From: Lingula anatina
Lineage: Eukaryota; Animalia; Brachiopoda
Direction: 5' to 3'
Assembly (NCBI GenBank): GCA_051362555.1
Contig: CM120646.1
Location: forward strand, 5,952,001-6,016,000
DNA length: 64,000 bases
Positions 27,745-41,700 of this stretch are shown here, piece by piece (positions within the stretch are counted from its first letter, which is position 1; every line of letters begins with the position of its first letter). Under the pieces are notes generated by a model. That model was not told the origin of the DNA. It did no database searches and was given only the letters and a program-made list of their open reading frames with translations. The position numbers were made by a program, and so were the translations under genes.

Positions 27745-28200
27745 TGACGCCAGGTATAAACTAGAGGATAAGATCGGGATAAACCTCCAAAGTAGGTCAG
27801 AGGTCAAAATCAAGGTCACATTAAGATACCGAATAAAGTTCAGCAGTGACCATAACAGTAAAATTGCGAGTATTGGAGCTATAAGGACAAGAACATTGGC
27901 AAACTGCATTTCAGGGTGAAAGTACTTGCATGTGAAACTAAAAGGTCAAACTCAAGGTTACCTTAAGGAGTCGCAATATACGATTTCGAATTTATGTTCA
28001 ATGGTACCTATTGGCTTATCTCTGCTAGTTCTGAAAAAGGTACGGCTGAAACATTTGCAAAGTCCAGTTCAAGGGTGAAAGTAGGACTGCCAATATTTGA
28101 CTTCCTATTCATATTTATTAGTAATAAGGGTGTATCGCAGCCATTTCTGGGGTATTTAAGATTTTATTTTAAAATTTTATTTTCGCCATTTGAAATAGCG
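27745..28200. repeat. Degenerate interspersed-repeat remnant upstream of GH3 exon 1, co-duplicated with each unit
   Basis: An AGGTCA(A)AGGTCA / GACTTCCT...AATAGTAA-rich segment recurs at about 36710-37200, 44620-45200 and, inverted and partial, at 59830-60040. Family not assigned. Confidence 0.5.
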
Positions 28201-28832
28201 TGACTCCAAAACCGTATGGAAACGCCGTCACAACTGTCAACGTTGCGCTTGACAAGGTCTATATAATGCAAAAACAAGAGGCGTTTAACTTTACGGTTTC
28301 ATATACCACCGCTATATGAATTTACATTCAAAACTAATGTAAAAATTTTCATACGATTGTAGAACAGTGTTAGTATTATATGAAGGTAATTGTCACCCTG
28401 TTTGTTTATGACGTCAGACGCGTGATTAAGCATATTTAGGGTATAGGGAAAAGGGACATCGAATGACCCTGCATATGGTTTTTTGTTTTCCTTCGTATAT
28501 TCTCCTCCTCTATCTGTTTGTGTGAGAACTACACCCCAATCGGACACACGTTACGTAAACTAATTTACATGAGAGTCCAGGTAAATGTATTACACTAAAA
28601 GAAAATTTAATTGCTGCTAATTTGCAGCCAAATTGCAGCAATTTTCAAGAAGGAATTCAGTTTGCAGCAACGATGCAGCAACGTTGCAGCAAATTTCAGC
28701 AAACCTGATTTTTTGCTAAGGGTATCTGTAAGCAGCCAATGCAAATCAACGTGTAGGCTTGGCAGAGGGAAGTGTAAAGCAATGTGCCCACGTTATACTG
28801 TTACATGTACAGGGTTCTAGTAGTTGACCTAC

Positions 28833-28956
28833 CCCTAAAAGCAGCCTGCTAGGCACTCGTGTCCTTCCAGTTTTGGTACAAGTTGATGACTTGGTACAAT
28901 GTTGCCGCTGTACAAACTTGGCTAATCACTAAGAACTGGGTGCCTGTAGAGAGCAT
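28833..28956 (-). pseudogene. Dead duplicate of GH3 coding exon 1
   Basis: Reads MLSTGTQFLVISQVCTAATLYQVINLYQNWKDTSA*QAAFR. TGG has become TAG; the donor GTAGG is retained. Confidence 0.85.
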
Positions 28957-30805
28957 TCTCGTTTGGAACGCTTGTCTAGTTGTTAATCCTCAGTTCATCC
29001 CTGAAAGATAAAAAGGTATAGTATCTAGAAATATTAAATCACAGTTAGCAAGTACAGCAAAAGACTCAGCCGTGTATTTGACATACTAGTGCAGCACGTC
29101 TTTAGTTTATAAGGTGTATTTCGCTATCTTTTCAAACCTTTTCCATTTTCGCGAGTGTAATTTCTGTTTAATGATTTTGATAACAAGATTATAAATAAAA
29201 TGAATATTCAAGGTCGTTAATCACACTACATGTGCCACATTTTCGTACATGTAAGTCGTCAGTAAAAAGCCATCTTTCTGTCCTTTCTGAACAATTATAC
29301 CTTCTAACCAATAGGAATGCCTATATTGCCGGTAATAAGGCTAATATGACCTCGCCGTTTTTGTCGGGGGCTTGATGCCTGAGTTGTACTCACTCACGCT
29401 CCCAGCTTTCCTATGAAAGTAACTGTCAAGGTCACAAGAGAGCAGGCGTCAATTTGACTGCTCCCATTTGCTGGCCGACTCACAAAATGGACAGGAAAAA
29501 GGTTCCAGTCTAATTCTTCAAATCATGGGATATTGGCAAGGAATTTGGAGTTAACGGACCCGAAAGCAATTGTTCTTTCGCATTTGGTGTTCATAACACT
29601 CACAATAAAATGGAATAGCATGTTCATTTCTCGACGTATTTTCGGCCTCATGGACTACATGTACTGGTAGGAATGCCTCCCACGCCTATCTGAACCCTTA
29701 GTAGTAGCTTACCTAGCAAGCAATTTCTAAAGGGGGGTTCTTTTTCTGAAAAAGTGGACCTTTTTCCATAAAAATTTCATGTACCTAGATTAAATTTTAC
29801 CCAGAGTTGACCTTTTTCCCAGCAAAAGGGGCGGTTCTTTCGAACCCCCCGAACCCACCCTGGCTACGAGCCTGAGCTACTACTCCTTAAAAATTTTCAC
29901 CTCCCCGCATGCAAAATTCACAGATTCCTTTATATATATATGTGTGTGTGTCTTCAATCAACTTGCTAAGATATAAAATAAATAACATCAACAATATGAA
30001 ATTGAATCGTTCATTAATAATTACACACCATCCAAAGATGCATGGAGGTGGTTTTTGCTTTCAAGCAATAATGATATACATCTGCAAAAAAGGCTACAAT
30101 GACTATAAAAATATATGGCACCGTTTTCTCAATATTCATTCATCAAAAGAAGCTCGGACAGGAGCAGACCTACATGTAGATAAAAAAGGAACACGAGCTG
30201 GTTTTCTAAGTTTTCGGTGGTAAGGGAAATTTAATTTTCCCGAATTGAAGGAAAAGCAGAGAGCAGTCCTTGGCCGCATTTAAACAATAAAAATATAATA
30301 GGGATTCTCTCGACGTCAAGTCATTGCTGTACGTTCTACCACCATTCATTCAAGCACGGTTTATTAAAAGAGTGGAAAATTATTATATTAACTCCTTTTG
30401 TCATTCTGACATAACAGTTGCTGAGGATGCAGCATATCAATTTCTCACATACATGTAGATATAAAAGTAGTAATTAAGGTTATTTGTATGCTGTTTCAAT
30501 ATGTAATCATCTATTCATTATATTTGTTTTAATTCAAAATCAGTATGTCAATTATTGTGTTCAATGTGATATTATTGTATAAAATTAATTGATAACTAAT
30601 AAGTGATGATAATGATGGTAATTATGATAATATCTCAAATGACAGCCCAACTACAGCAACAACAACAACGACAAGTATACCCCTGTATAGCTATATAAAC
30701 GAAAGCTGCAATAACATGGAATAAGCACTTGATAAATCAATAAACCAGTTAGTAGTGTTCTCGATCAATACTCAGAAAATTAAACTAGAGGCTGCATCCC
30801 AGCCA

Positions 30806-33800
30806 TCACGATAGGCGAGAGTCCCACAGAACGCGCAGACAATCAGGTGCCCTCAGCACGCGCGGTGTCTTGTACTGTAATCGACTTGTACGAGGATTGC
30901 TTTCCACTATGGCGTCCTTTAAGGCATTAAACGCCCCGGTCTTCACTTGGATAACTTTCATGGGGAGAATACTTCCCTTATTTCTCAACATCCTGTAAGC
31001 TTCGTGTTCTTGGTACAAAATATCTTCAAACTAAAACATATAAAGATAAATCTATAGTGGTATCGACTGTATTGACTCCATATGCAGTGGGTTTCAACAA
31101 TGACAGCACAGTAAAGCATACCCCTGTAAGTGTTTTTTTTTTTCACTTTAGATATATTTTTCAGAAACTGTTTACAAAGTAAGTTGCATATTTTTCACTT
31201 TATCCGAATACCAAACATCGCACATCTGAAAACTTGTTAAATTTTTTACTAGTACTTGCCTCTTGAAAAAAAATGGCAAGTACTAGTACTTATTCATATA
31301 GTGATAAACAAAGAAATAATACAAAAGCACTTGCCATCTGTTTCTGTTGTGAAGTCATTCTCGCTTGGTCTTTGTTCGAGTGTTCCGACAACTCCATAAA
31401 CAATACATAGTGTCGTCCATTTTGTAGAGCGTCTGAAAAAAAAAGTTTTATGTTGTTATGTGCAGTGGGTTGTGACATGAGACTATATCTTTAATCTATA
31501 TCCATGATTAAAGCAAACCAAAGATGCAAGATCTGCTATGGATTAACTTACCAGCGATAGCTTCAAAGTTGACGTTCTCCGTTGCAGTATATTCAACTAT
31601 GTCAACATCGACGCGCTTGGCTGCTCCTCGGAGTGCGTGGACAAAGGCCCCCTCGGTCATCTTTTCCCAGTAAAGATTCAACATTTGCCCCAGTCTGAAA
31701 TAAAACATAATAGCGACAATAAAACTGAATTAATTTAAATATGTCCTCACTTAATTTCCACCTGTTGATGGTTCTATCCCGACATTCAAAGTTTTTGTCA
31801 GTTTATAGTTACAGCTTAAATTGGTATCTAATAAAAGGCGGTCGTGATATCAATGACTAACATATATGAAATTATTAATTTCAATAGCTTGGTGAATTAA
31901 AAGGTTCAACACAACTGATAACGGTTACATCAGTTTATAAAACCACAACTATTGTTTGAAATTGTACAGGTGACAAAATGTTATGTTCTACAGTTCCATG
32001 AAATACACATAGCTTTTTTGTCTGGATGTAAAGCTGATCAGTAGGATTTACCTATATTGGAACTCATACACTGGAACCTGGTTGTGAAAATCCACTATCT
32101 TCACCACGTCACCTTGTCTATAACGCACGGCAACCGCAGTTGTTATAACCAGTTCATAACACTGTCCTATTTGTACCTGATTGGGGGTTTAAAAAACATA
32201 TTACACAATGCATACAAATTAAAACGATTAAAGAATGAAGCGTGTGTTATAAAGGAAATATCTATTATATAAGTATTAACATTCCAGTAAATATGATATT
32301 TTGAAAAGATTTGGGAACCCGTTATTAAAAACATTCTGGCAGCTTTTGGAACAACAGAGCAACTTTCTGTCCCCCCCCCCCCCCCCCCCCCCCATTTGGG
32401 AATAACAGCAAATTGTTCTTTACTTTTCCAGTGAAAAGAATAACGAAAATTTTAAGCCAAGACGAGTGCACAACTGCCTTGTCAGAGCTACATTTACTTG
32501 TGTTTACCTCCTCAATGGGTACCACGCGGGGAGATGGTTTATCTGTTTCCTCCACGGGGATGAAGTCAAAGTGATTTAAGGAAGTCGTCATAATGAACCG
32601 CGTTTGGCTGTTGTCGTCAGGGTCACAAAACCCGAAAAACCCCTCCGTAGCGCCATGGAGGTGATTATAAAACGTAACATCTTTCATATAATGCTTTTTC
32701 AATCCTTCGGCCTCAAGGAGAAAAGAACCCGAACTCAAAATTAGAGCTGCGTCACATTCCGGCCATAGACGGCGCACAATTCCGTCAAAGCCCTGCTTTA
32801 TGATCCGTCGAATTTCAACAGCTCTTTGTTGATCCGCCCTCATATCGGCCTGCAACTTTTCCCTGATGTCATTGGGTATGTCCAAGTCAGTGTTCAGGGT
32901 ACCATGTTCTATATCGTCACATAGCTGTGGCCACTGGTGTTCCAAAGTTTGACAAAACCGGGAAGCAACAAAAGGGAAAGTGAAGTTGAAAGCCCCAATA
33001 TCAGGATCTTTTAGGGCGAAGAGAACATGTAAATAATGGGCCTCGTTTTCGGTAGTGACGTCATACACGACACGTGGTGAAACCAAATAACTTGGAAAGA
33101 ATCCATACAGCCCAGCTATTGATCCAGTTCTTATGCCACTGTTAGTAAAGTTTTTCTTGGCTCCTATTCTGACTTCGTGATAGCGTTTAAGGTGATCCCA
33201 TATCCCAGCTTTTTTAAAACTTAAAGTAGTAAAAAGAAGATTTTTAAACATCCTTGATGGTTTGACAATCATCTCATTCGTATATACGAACGCTTTGTTT
33301 TTACCGGTGGTCCCTGAAGTAAAGGCGACGTAAAACGGGTCAAATGGAGTGATTTGGTTTTTTTCGCCAGCTACAGTTTTGTCAATGTACGGTTTAAGGT
33401 CGGCGTAGGACAAAACTGGGTGCAGTTTCAAAAAATCTTCCCTCGTCCGCATCTGAGAATAATTGTGCTTCTTGCCAAACTCCGTATTTTCCAGCGTGCG
33501 AATGTAAAACATTAATGCATCTTCTTGCATTTTGCTGATGTTTTTGCTTGCTGTCTCAAAATTCGTGAGAGAAAAATTCACAATAATTCGGAATATTTGT
33601 GTAAGAGTGTACTGCAGTAACACCGTCCTCCACGTGTGGCTTTTAGCGGGTCGTTTCCTGTATATGTCATAGGTGACAAGGCCTCCGGCACCCGTGAAGA
33701 ATGCCACTAGCCCTTACAAAGAATAAAAAAGGAAAATTAAAAAGAAGGTTTATTCATATAGTGATAAAAGTGAGAATTAATGACTAAATCTAAAATATCA

Positions 33801-36415
33801 GAATGTTTTGGGTAATATGGACTGTGAACAGTATATTACCCCCTGTAGATCATACGGATTCCTGCTTGCAAAAAATCTATTAGGCGTGTCTTAATTATCA
33901 GCCATCATGCCATGCCCAAGTAGGAAGGTTACAGTGTACACATTGTAACGCTTAATTTGACCTTGGACTGTCTTGAACCAGACTACCCATGGTGTATGTG
34001 TTTGGTGGGAGGAAGCAGAAGAGACAAATGATAATAATAAAACTAAACTACCAGTATTTTCACTGTTTAAGAGTCATCAATAGGTCTCCCCTTTCTGTCA
34101 AATTTAAAAGTGTGTATATTTATCATAAATATTATTTATATTTAGCCGAAAAAGGGTGATTTGTCAGACTGCAACAATTGGCGTGGAATCACCTTATTAT
34201 CCATCCCAGGTAAAGTCCTGACTAGGATCCTCCTACAGAGGTTGAGAAATACAGTCGACGTGAGACTCCAAGAGGAACAGGCAGGATTCAGAGTAGGAAG
34301 ATCGTGTATCGAACAGATTTTCACTCTACGTAACATCTTGGAAGAATGCATAGAACATCAATACCCTCTAGCTGTCAACTTTGTTGACTTTAAAAAGGCA
34401 TTTGACAGCGTTCACAGACAGTCATTGTGGCAGGTAGCAGAGTTATACGGTGTCCCAGAAAATTTTATCAACATCTTCAAAAGCATCTACCAGAATTCAA
34501 GATGCTGTGTGAGAACAGAGACGGGAACAACAGAGTTCTTCAACATCATGACGGGTGTCAGACAGGGGTGCATTTCACGCCTTTTTTATTCCTTATGGTA
34601 GTAGATTTTGTAATGAGGAAGGCTACAGTAGAAGATGGAACCGGTGTGAAATGGGTAAACGGTAGTGAACTGAATGATCTAGACTTTGCAGACGACATCG
34701 CCTTGCTAGCAAAGGATGAAAATGGTCTACAACAACTAACGTCCAATCTGGAAATAGCAGCTTGCAGATTTGGATTGAGAATTAGCACTGAAAATACCAA
34801 AGTGATGTACGTGGGAGCTAGAAACATTACACCAATAAATGTTGGGACTGAACCAATTGAGGAAGTAACGCGATTCACATACCTAGGAAGCCTGATAACC
34901 AAGAATGGTGATGCTGAAATGGATGTCAAAAGCAGAGTCGGTAAAGGAGCTTCAGTGTTTAGAAAAATGAACAATATCTGGAAATCGGCAACAATAAGCA
35001 CACAGCTGAAAATACGCCTTTATAACGCCGTAGTACTACCAACTGTACTTTATGCTAGCGAAGCATGGAAAAGCACTGTGAAAGTGGACAAAAGATTGGA
35101 TGTTTTTCATCAGAGGTGCCTACGCCGAATAATGAAGATCTCATACAGAGACCATATCATCAATGAAGAAGTGATTAGGAAGGCAAAGTCAAGACCATTA
35201 CATGAAACAGTCACCATTCGTCGGATAAAATTGGCAGGACACATCATTCGACTACCAGCTGAGAGGCATGCAAAAACCGCTATGACTTGGGTACCACCGG
35301 TAGGCAAGCGCAAACGAGGTAGACCGAGGATAACCTGGAGGAGAACCTTCCAGAATGATCTGCAAAGAAGCAACATCAGGTGGGAGGAGAAAGAGAAGGC
35401 CGCTGCCGACCGGACAAGTTGGAAAAAGTTTGCCGCCCAATGTCCTACGTTGGACAGGAGGAACTAAAACTAAAACTAAATATTTATCATCTGTGTATTA
35501 CTGTGAAAAGACTTTTTTATTGATTTAGATTTGATTTGAAGGTAAATTGTACAACACCGACTGAAGATAAATTGCATAACACTACAGTGTTATAGAAATA
35601 TGAAATTCAAATATGCCTTTGTAGATTATAGTAAGCCGATGTCAATTGGGCATGAAATAAACATTGTTTTAGGATTACTGCAAGCAGTTTCCTTAACATC
35701 TTCTTTTTTAATTATTACAGTCCATGATATGCACCGTTTACGGGACACATACCTGTACACCACTACCATTTAAACTTAAGTTCAAAACCAAGGTAGATGT
35801 GCTCTGCAAACGATACGACATCTTTGTATATTGTATCTACTGCGTTTTCGTGCGGGTACCGCCATGAATGTGCAGTACAGTGTTGGTTTGATATGGAACC
35901 CCCTCACTGAACAACGTCAGACACTTGATAAAGCGACTTCAGGGTTTAGTAACCGGGACACCAATTGAACCTGCATAAGAATTTGCATTTCTCCATCTAA
36001 CCTTCTCCTCTACTTGCTTGAGTGAGTTTAAAATCCCAATCAGACAAACGTAACGTAGAGCTACTCTCTATAAGAGGCCAGGTGAATGCATGATGAGATG
36101 TTATTTCTAAGCCAAAGGAGAAACAATTCTCTGTACAGCGTAAATAATTAAAGCGTAAAATAAAATATTAAATTGGCCAGAGGAATATATTAAATACTCG
36201 GTATAAATAAGCATGTGGCCTTGGAAGAGAATAACGTAAAGCAATGTGGACACGTTTTACTAGCACATGTACACGCTACTAGAAGGCCTACCCCTGAAAA
36301 CAGCCTGCCAAGCACTCGTGTCCTTCCAGTTTTGGTACAAGTTGATGACTTGGTACAATGTCACCACTGCAAAAACCTGGCTCACCACCAAGAACTTGGT
36401 GCCAATAAAGAGCAT
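30806..36415 (-). CDS. GHDC: GH3-domain protein (GHDC-like), copy 2, about 639 aa
   Basis: Exons 36415-36292, 33712-32508, 32176-32052, 31694-31552, 31432-31335 and 31030-30806. Intron 5 is GC-AG, the intron 1 acceptor is AAG, and a LINE sits in intron 1. Confidence 0.88.
34127..35479 (+). mobile_element. 5'-truncated RTE-like non-LTR retrotransposon with one frameshift, antisense in intron 1 of GH3 copy 2
   Basis: Reverse-transcriptase motifs PKKGDLSDCNNWRGITLLS, EEQAGFR, FVDFKKAFDSV, GVRQGC, DLDFADD, FTYLGS and GKRKRGRPRITW. Frameshift near 34575, (AAAACT)n 3' tail, ATATTTATCAT target duplication at 34116-34126 and 35480-35490. Confidence 0.92.
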
Positions 36416-38718
36416 TCTGGTAGTTTGGAACGTCTAGTTAATAATCCGTCTCAGTTCGTCAACGAAAGATAATAGTTTTAAGAATATTCAAGTCAACTTG
36501 AGTCCCAGTTAGATGTGTCGCCTGCAAAGACAGGTTGAGCATAATAAGTACATTTACATATAGACGAAGTTTGCTGAATGGCGTTGCTGAATTGGTACAT
36601 CACTCTTAATCTGGTAGGTGTATTTGTACCAGTATGTACATATCCAGGTCATGCTGATAGAACACCACGTGCAGTAAAGTGTCGCAGCTACGATTAAAGC
36701 AATAAGGGTAGTGACGCCAGGTATAAACTAGAGGATCAGAGCGGGATAAACCTCCAAAGTTGGTCAAAGGTCAATCTCAATGTCACATTAAGATTCCGAA
36801 AACACGGCTTCCTAATCAAGTTCAGAAGTGACTATAAGAGTACATCTGCGAGTTTTGGAGATAAAAGAACAATAAAATTGGCAAACTGCATTTCAGGTTG
36901 AAAGTACAGTACATGCATGTGAAACTGAAAGGTCAAATTCAAGGTTACATTAAGGAATGCAATATATGATTTCCTATTTATTTATATTCAATGGTAAATA
37001 TGGGTTTATCTCTGCTAGTTCTGAAGAAGGCACGGTTGAAATATTTGCAAAGTCCAGTTTAAGTGTGAAAGTAGATCAAATGCCAAGTTCAAGGTCACAT
37101 TTGTCATATTTATGTTTAATAGTAATATGAGTTTACCTCAGCCATTTTGGAGTATTTAAGATGTCATTTAAAAATTTTCTTTTCACCATTTTTAATAGTG
37201 CAACTCTTAAACCATATGAAAAAAAGCGACACAACTGTCAGCGTTGAGCTTGACAAGGTCTACATAATGCTACAAACAAGAGGCGTCTTACTTGAACGTT
37301 TTCATATACCACCGCTATAAGAATTTACATTTAAAACCAAGGTAATGTTCATACGATTGTAGAACAGTGTTGGTATTTTATGAACGCAATGGTCACCCTG
37401 TTCGTTTACGGCGTCAGACGCGTGGTTAAGCAACTTTAGGGTACAGAAACCGTGACATCGATTGGCCCTGCATATGGTTTTTGTCTTTCTCCGTATAAAA
37501 TCCTCCTGTGTGAGAACTGCACCCCAATCGGACACACGTACCGTAAACTACTTTACATTAGAGTCCAGGTGAATGTATTACACTAAAAGTTTGCAAGAAT
37601 ATTTTGTTGCTGCTAATGTGCAGCTATACTGCAGCAAATTTTAGCAGTCCTGATATTTTGCTAATGGTATCTGTTATGGGCTTGGCAGAGGAAGTGTAAA
37701 GCAATGTGCTTATGTTATACTATTACATGTGTAAAGTTTGATCTCCTAGTATGTTGTGTTTGTAGTAATTGTGTTCGGTGGATGTTCGTTTGCCTCCGTG
37801 GATGTCACGGGTTTGAAGACTGCTTGCACCTGAAAGTCAGGCGGATGCTGCAGGCTGGAATAGTTGAAATAATTATTCTACTACTATTGCAGATGAGTGT
37901 AATTACACACGGTAGATCAAAGCAAGGATCAATCTACGGTTTAAATTTCATATTTCTAAATTTATATATTTACTCATTTATAGTGTTCTTGGCATTCTTA
38001 TATTTTTCTTTTTCTTTCTTCTGTCTTCTTTGTCTTTCGGCTTACTTTTTAAAATTTTTGTTCATGTCATATGTAAAAACATATTAAAATGTACGGCACC
38101 GTTTGCTGAATATTCATTCATCAAAAGAAGCTTAAACAGAAGTAGACCTATATGTAGATCAAAGGAAGAAACGTGAGCTGGTTTTCTTAGTTTTCGGCGG
38201 TAAGGGAAATTTCCCGAGTTGAAGGAAAAGCAGAGAGCAGTCCTTGGCCGCATTTTAACCCAAAAAACATCATAGGCAATCTCTCAACGGGGTACATGTA
38301 CAGCAAGTCATTGATCTATGTCCTACCGCCATTCATTTGAAATGAGGTATTATAATGCCACGTTTCATTAAAAGAGTGGAAAAAGTAGTTATTATTTGTA
38401 TACTGTTTCAAAATGTAATCATCTATTCACTGTGTTTCATTTCAAATTCAAAATGAGTATGTTCAATTATTGTGTTCAATGTGATATTATTGTATAAAAT
38501 TAATAAATAATTAATTAGCATAGGTAGTGATAATGATGATGATAATGATAATATGTAAAATGACAGCCCAACTACGACAACAACAACAACAAAAAGTATC
38601 TATCTATATAAACGAAAGCTGCAGTTACATTGCATAAGCACTTGACAAATCAATTAACCAGTGGGCAGTGTTCTCGGTCAATACTCAGAAAATTAAACCA
38701 GTGGCTGCATCCCACCCA

Positions 38719-41700
38719 TCACGACAGGCGAGAGTTCCACAGAACCCGCAGACGATCAGGTGCCCTCAGCACGCGCGGTGTCTTGTACTGTAATCGACTT
38801 GTACGAGGGTTGCTTTCCACTATGGCGTCCTTCAAGGCATTAAACGCCCCGATCTTCACTTGGATAACTTTCATGGGGAGAATACTTCCATTATCTCTCA
38901 GCATCTTGTAAACTTCGTGTTCTTGGTACAAAACGTCTTCAAACTAAAACATATAAAGATAAATATAAAGTGGTATCGACTGTATTGAATCTAAATGGAG
39001 TGACTGTCAACACTGCCACCACAGTAAGGCGCACCCCTGTTCGAATGGTTTTTCAGTTTAAAGACATTTTTCAGAAACTGATTAGAAAGCAAGAGGGCAT
39101 CTTTTTCATTTGATCCTTATATCAAACATCGCACATCTGAAAACTTGGTATAGTTCCAACTAGCTTTTGCCACTTATAAAAAGTATGCAAAACAAAGAAA
39201 TAATACAAAAGCACCTACCATCTGCTTCTGTTGTGTAGTCATTCTCGCTTGGTCTTTGTTCGAGTTTTCTGACAACTCCATAAACAGTACATAGTGTCGT
39301 CCATTTTGTAGAGGCTCTGAAAAATTGTATAATGTTACTATGCACAACGAAAAGTAACACAAAACTTTATCTTCAATCTACATCCATAATGAAAGTAAAC
39401 CAGAAGATGCAAGATCTGCCATGAATAAACTTACCAGCGATAGCTTCAAAGTTGACGTTCTCCGTCGCAGTATATTCAACTATGTCAACATCGATGTGCT
39501 TGGCTGCTCCTCGGAGTGCGTGGACAAATGCCCCCTCGGTCATCTTTTCCCAGAAAAGATTCAACATTTGTCCCAGCCTGAAACAGAACATAATAGCGAC
39601 ATTAAAACGGATTAAACTAAATTGTTTCCTCACTTAATTTTCACTGGTTGATGTTTCAATCCCGTTTTTGTCGTAATTCCTAAGTTACAACTTAAATTGG
39701 TATCTAATACAAGGTGGCCGTGATATCAATGACTAACAAATATGAAATTATCTACTTCAACTGTTTGGTGAATTGAAAGATTTAACACAACTGATATCGG
39801 CCACATTAATTTATAAAACCACAACTATTATTTGGAATTGTACAGGTGACAAATTATTATGTTTTACAGTTCCATGAAATACAAATTGCTTTTCTCTGGA
39901 TGTAAAGCTGATCAGTGATCAGTAGGAGTTACCTATATTGGAACTCGTATACTGGAACCTGGTTGTGAAAGTCCACTATCTTCACCACGTCACCTTGTCT
40001 GTAACGCATGGCAACCGCAGTTGTTATAACCAGTTCATAACACTGTCCTATCTGTACCTGATTGGGGGATAAAAACAGATTACACAATGCATATAAATAA
40101 GACAATTAAAACGGATAAAGAATCAAGCGTGTATTATAAAGTAATTGTCAATTACATAAACATTCCAGTAAATATGAGATTTTGGCAAGACCTGGGAATC
40201 CGTTATCAAACACATCCATGTAGCTTTCGGGATATCAGAGCAAACGTCTGTCAGTGAAACCCCTCCCCCTTTTTTTTTTTTTTGGGGGGGGGGGCATACT
40301 ATGGTCCCTTTTCTTGGGGAGGCATACTACCTTAAAGGACCACTTCATATTGTAAGAGGTAACTCTTTCCACGCGTTTGAAAATCCCCCACGGTCATATG
40401 TATGTATTATTTGTGAATAACAGCAAATTGCTCTTTACCGCAGTAAAATTCATTTTTTTAGGGGGGGGGATCTAATGGAGTTTAAACCCTTAGCTTTTCC
40501 AGTTCAAAGAATAATAAAAACAATTAGGTCGAGACTAGTGCGCATCTGCCTCATTAGAGCTACAGTTAATTGTGCTTACCTCCTCAATGGGTACCACACG
40601 GGGAGATGGTTTATCTGTTTCCTCCACAGGGATGAAGTCAAAGTGATTTAAGGAAGTCGTCATAATGAACCGCGTTTGGCTGTTGTCAGCAGGGTCACAA
40701 AACCCGAAAAAACCCTCCGTAGCGCCATGGAGGTGGTTATAAAACGGAACATCTTTCATATAATACTTCTTCAATCCTTCGGCCTCAGGGAGAAGAGAAC
40801 CTGAACTCAACATCAGAGCTGCGTTACATTCCGGCCATAGACGGCGCACAATTCCGTCAAAGCCCTGCCTTATGATCCGTCGAACTTCAACAGCTCTTTT
40901 GGGATCCGCCTTCATAATGGTCTGCAACTTTTCCCTGATGTCCGTGGGTATGTCCAAATCAGTGTTCAGGGTACCGTGTTCTATATCGTCACATAGCTGT
41001 GGCCACTGGTGTTCCAAAGTTTGACAAAACCGGGTAGCAACAGACGGGAAAGAGAAGTTGAAAGCCCCAATATCAGGATCTTTTAGTGCGAAGAGAACAT
41101 GTAAATAATGGACCTCGTTTTCGGTAGTGACGTCATACACGACACGTGGTGAAACCAAATAACTAGGAAAGAAATCATACATTCCGGATAATGGTCCAGT
41201 TCTTATGCCACTGTCAGTAAAGTTTTTCTTGACTCCTATTCTGACTTCGTGATAGCGTTTAAGGTGATCCCATATCCCAGCTTTTTTAAAGCTTAAAGTA
41301 GTAAAAAGAAGATTTTTAAACATCTTTGATGGTTTGGCAATCATCTCATTTGTATATACGAACGCTTTGTTTTTACCGGTGGTCCCTGAAGTAAAGGCGA
41401 CGTAAAACGGGTCATATGGGGTGATTTGGTTTTTTTCGCCAGCTACAGTTTTGTCAATGTAAGGTTTAAGGTCGGCGTAGGACAAAACTGGGTGCAGTTT
41501 CAAAAAATCTTCCCTTGTCCGCATCTGAGAATAATTGTGTTTCTTGCCAAACTCCGTATTTTCCAGCGTGCGAATGTAAAACATTAACGCATCTTCTTGC
41601 ATCTTGCTGATGTTTTTGCTCGCTGTCTCAAAATTCCTGAGAGAAACATACATAATAATTCGGAATATTTGTGTAAGAGTGTACTGTAGTAACACCGTCC

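Noticed and set aside
32325-32507. C-terminal extensions of the large GH3 ORFs (e.g. poly-Gly in copy 2, hydrophobic tail in copy 5)
   Set aside because: Read-through into intron 2 past the conserved GAG|GT donor; not conserved between copies.
26842-37535. Repeated ORFs beginning MSDWG(V/A)V (26842, 28299, 37302)
   Set aside because: Non-ATG starts, with frames and lengths not conserved; explained by duplicated intronic DNA.
37704-38087. 127-aa hydrophobic ORF where the distal exon 1 is missing in unit 2
   Set aside because: Low-complexity T-rich sequence with no motif and no paralogous conservation.
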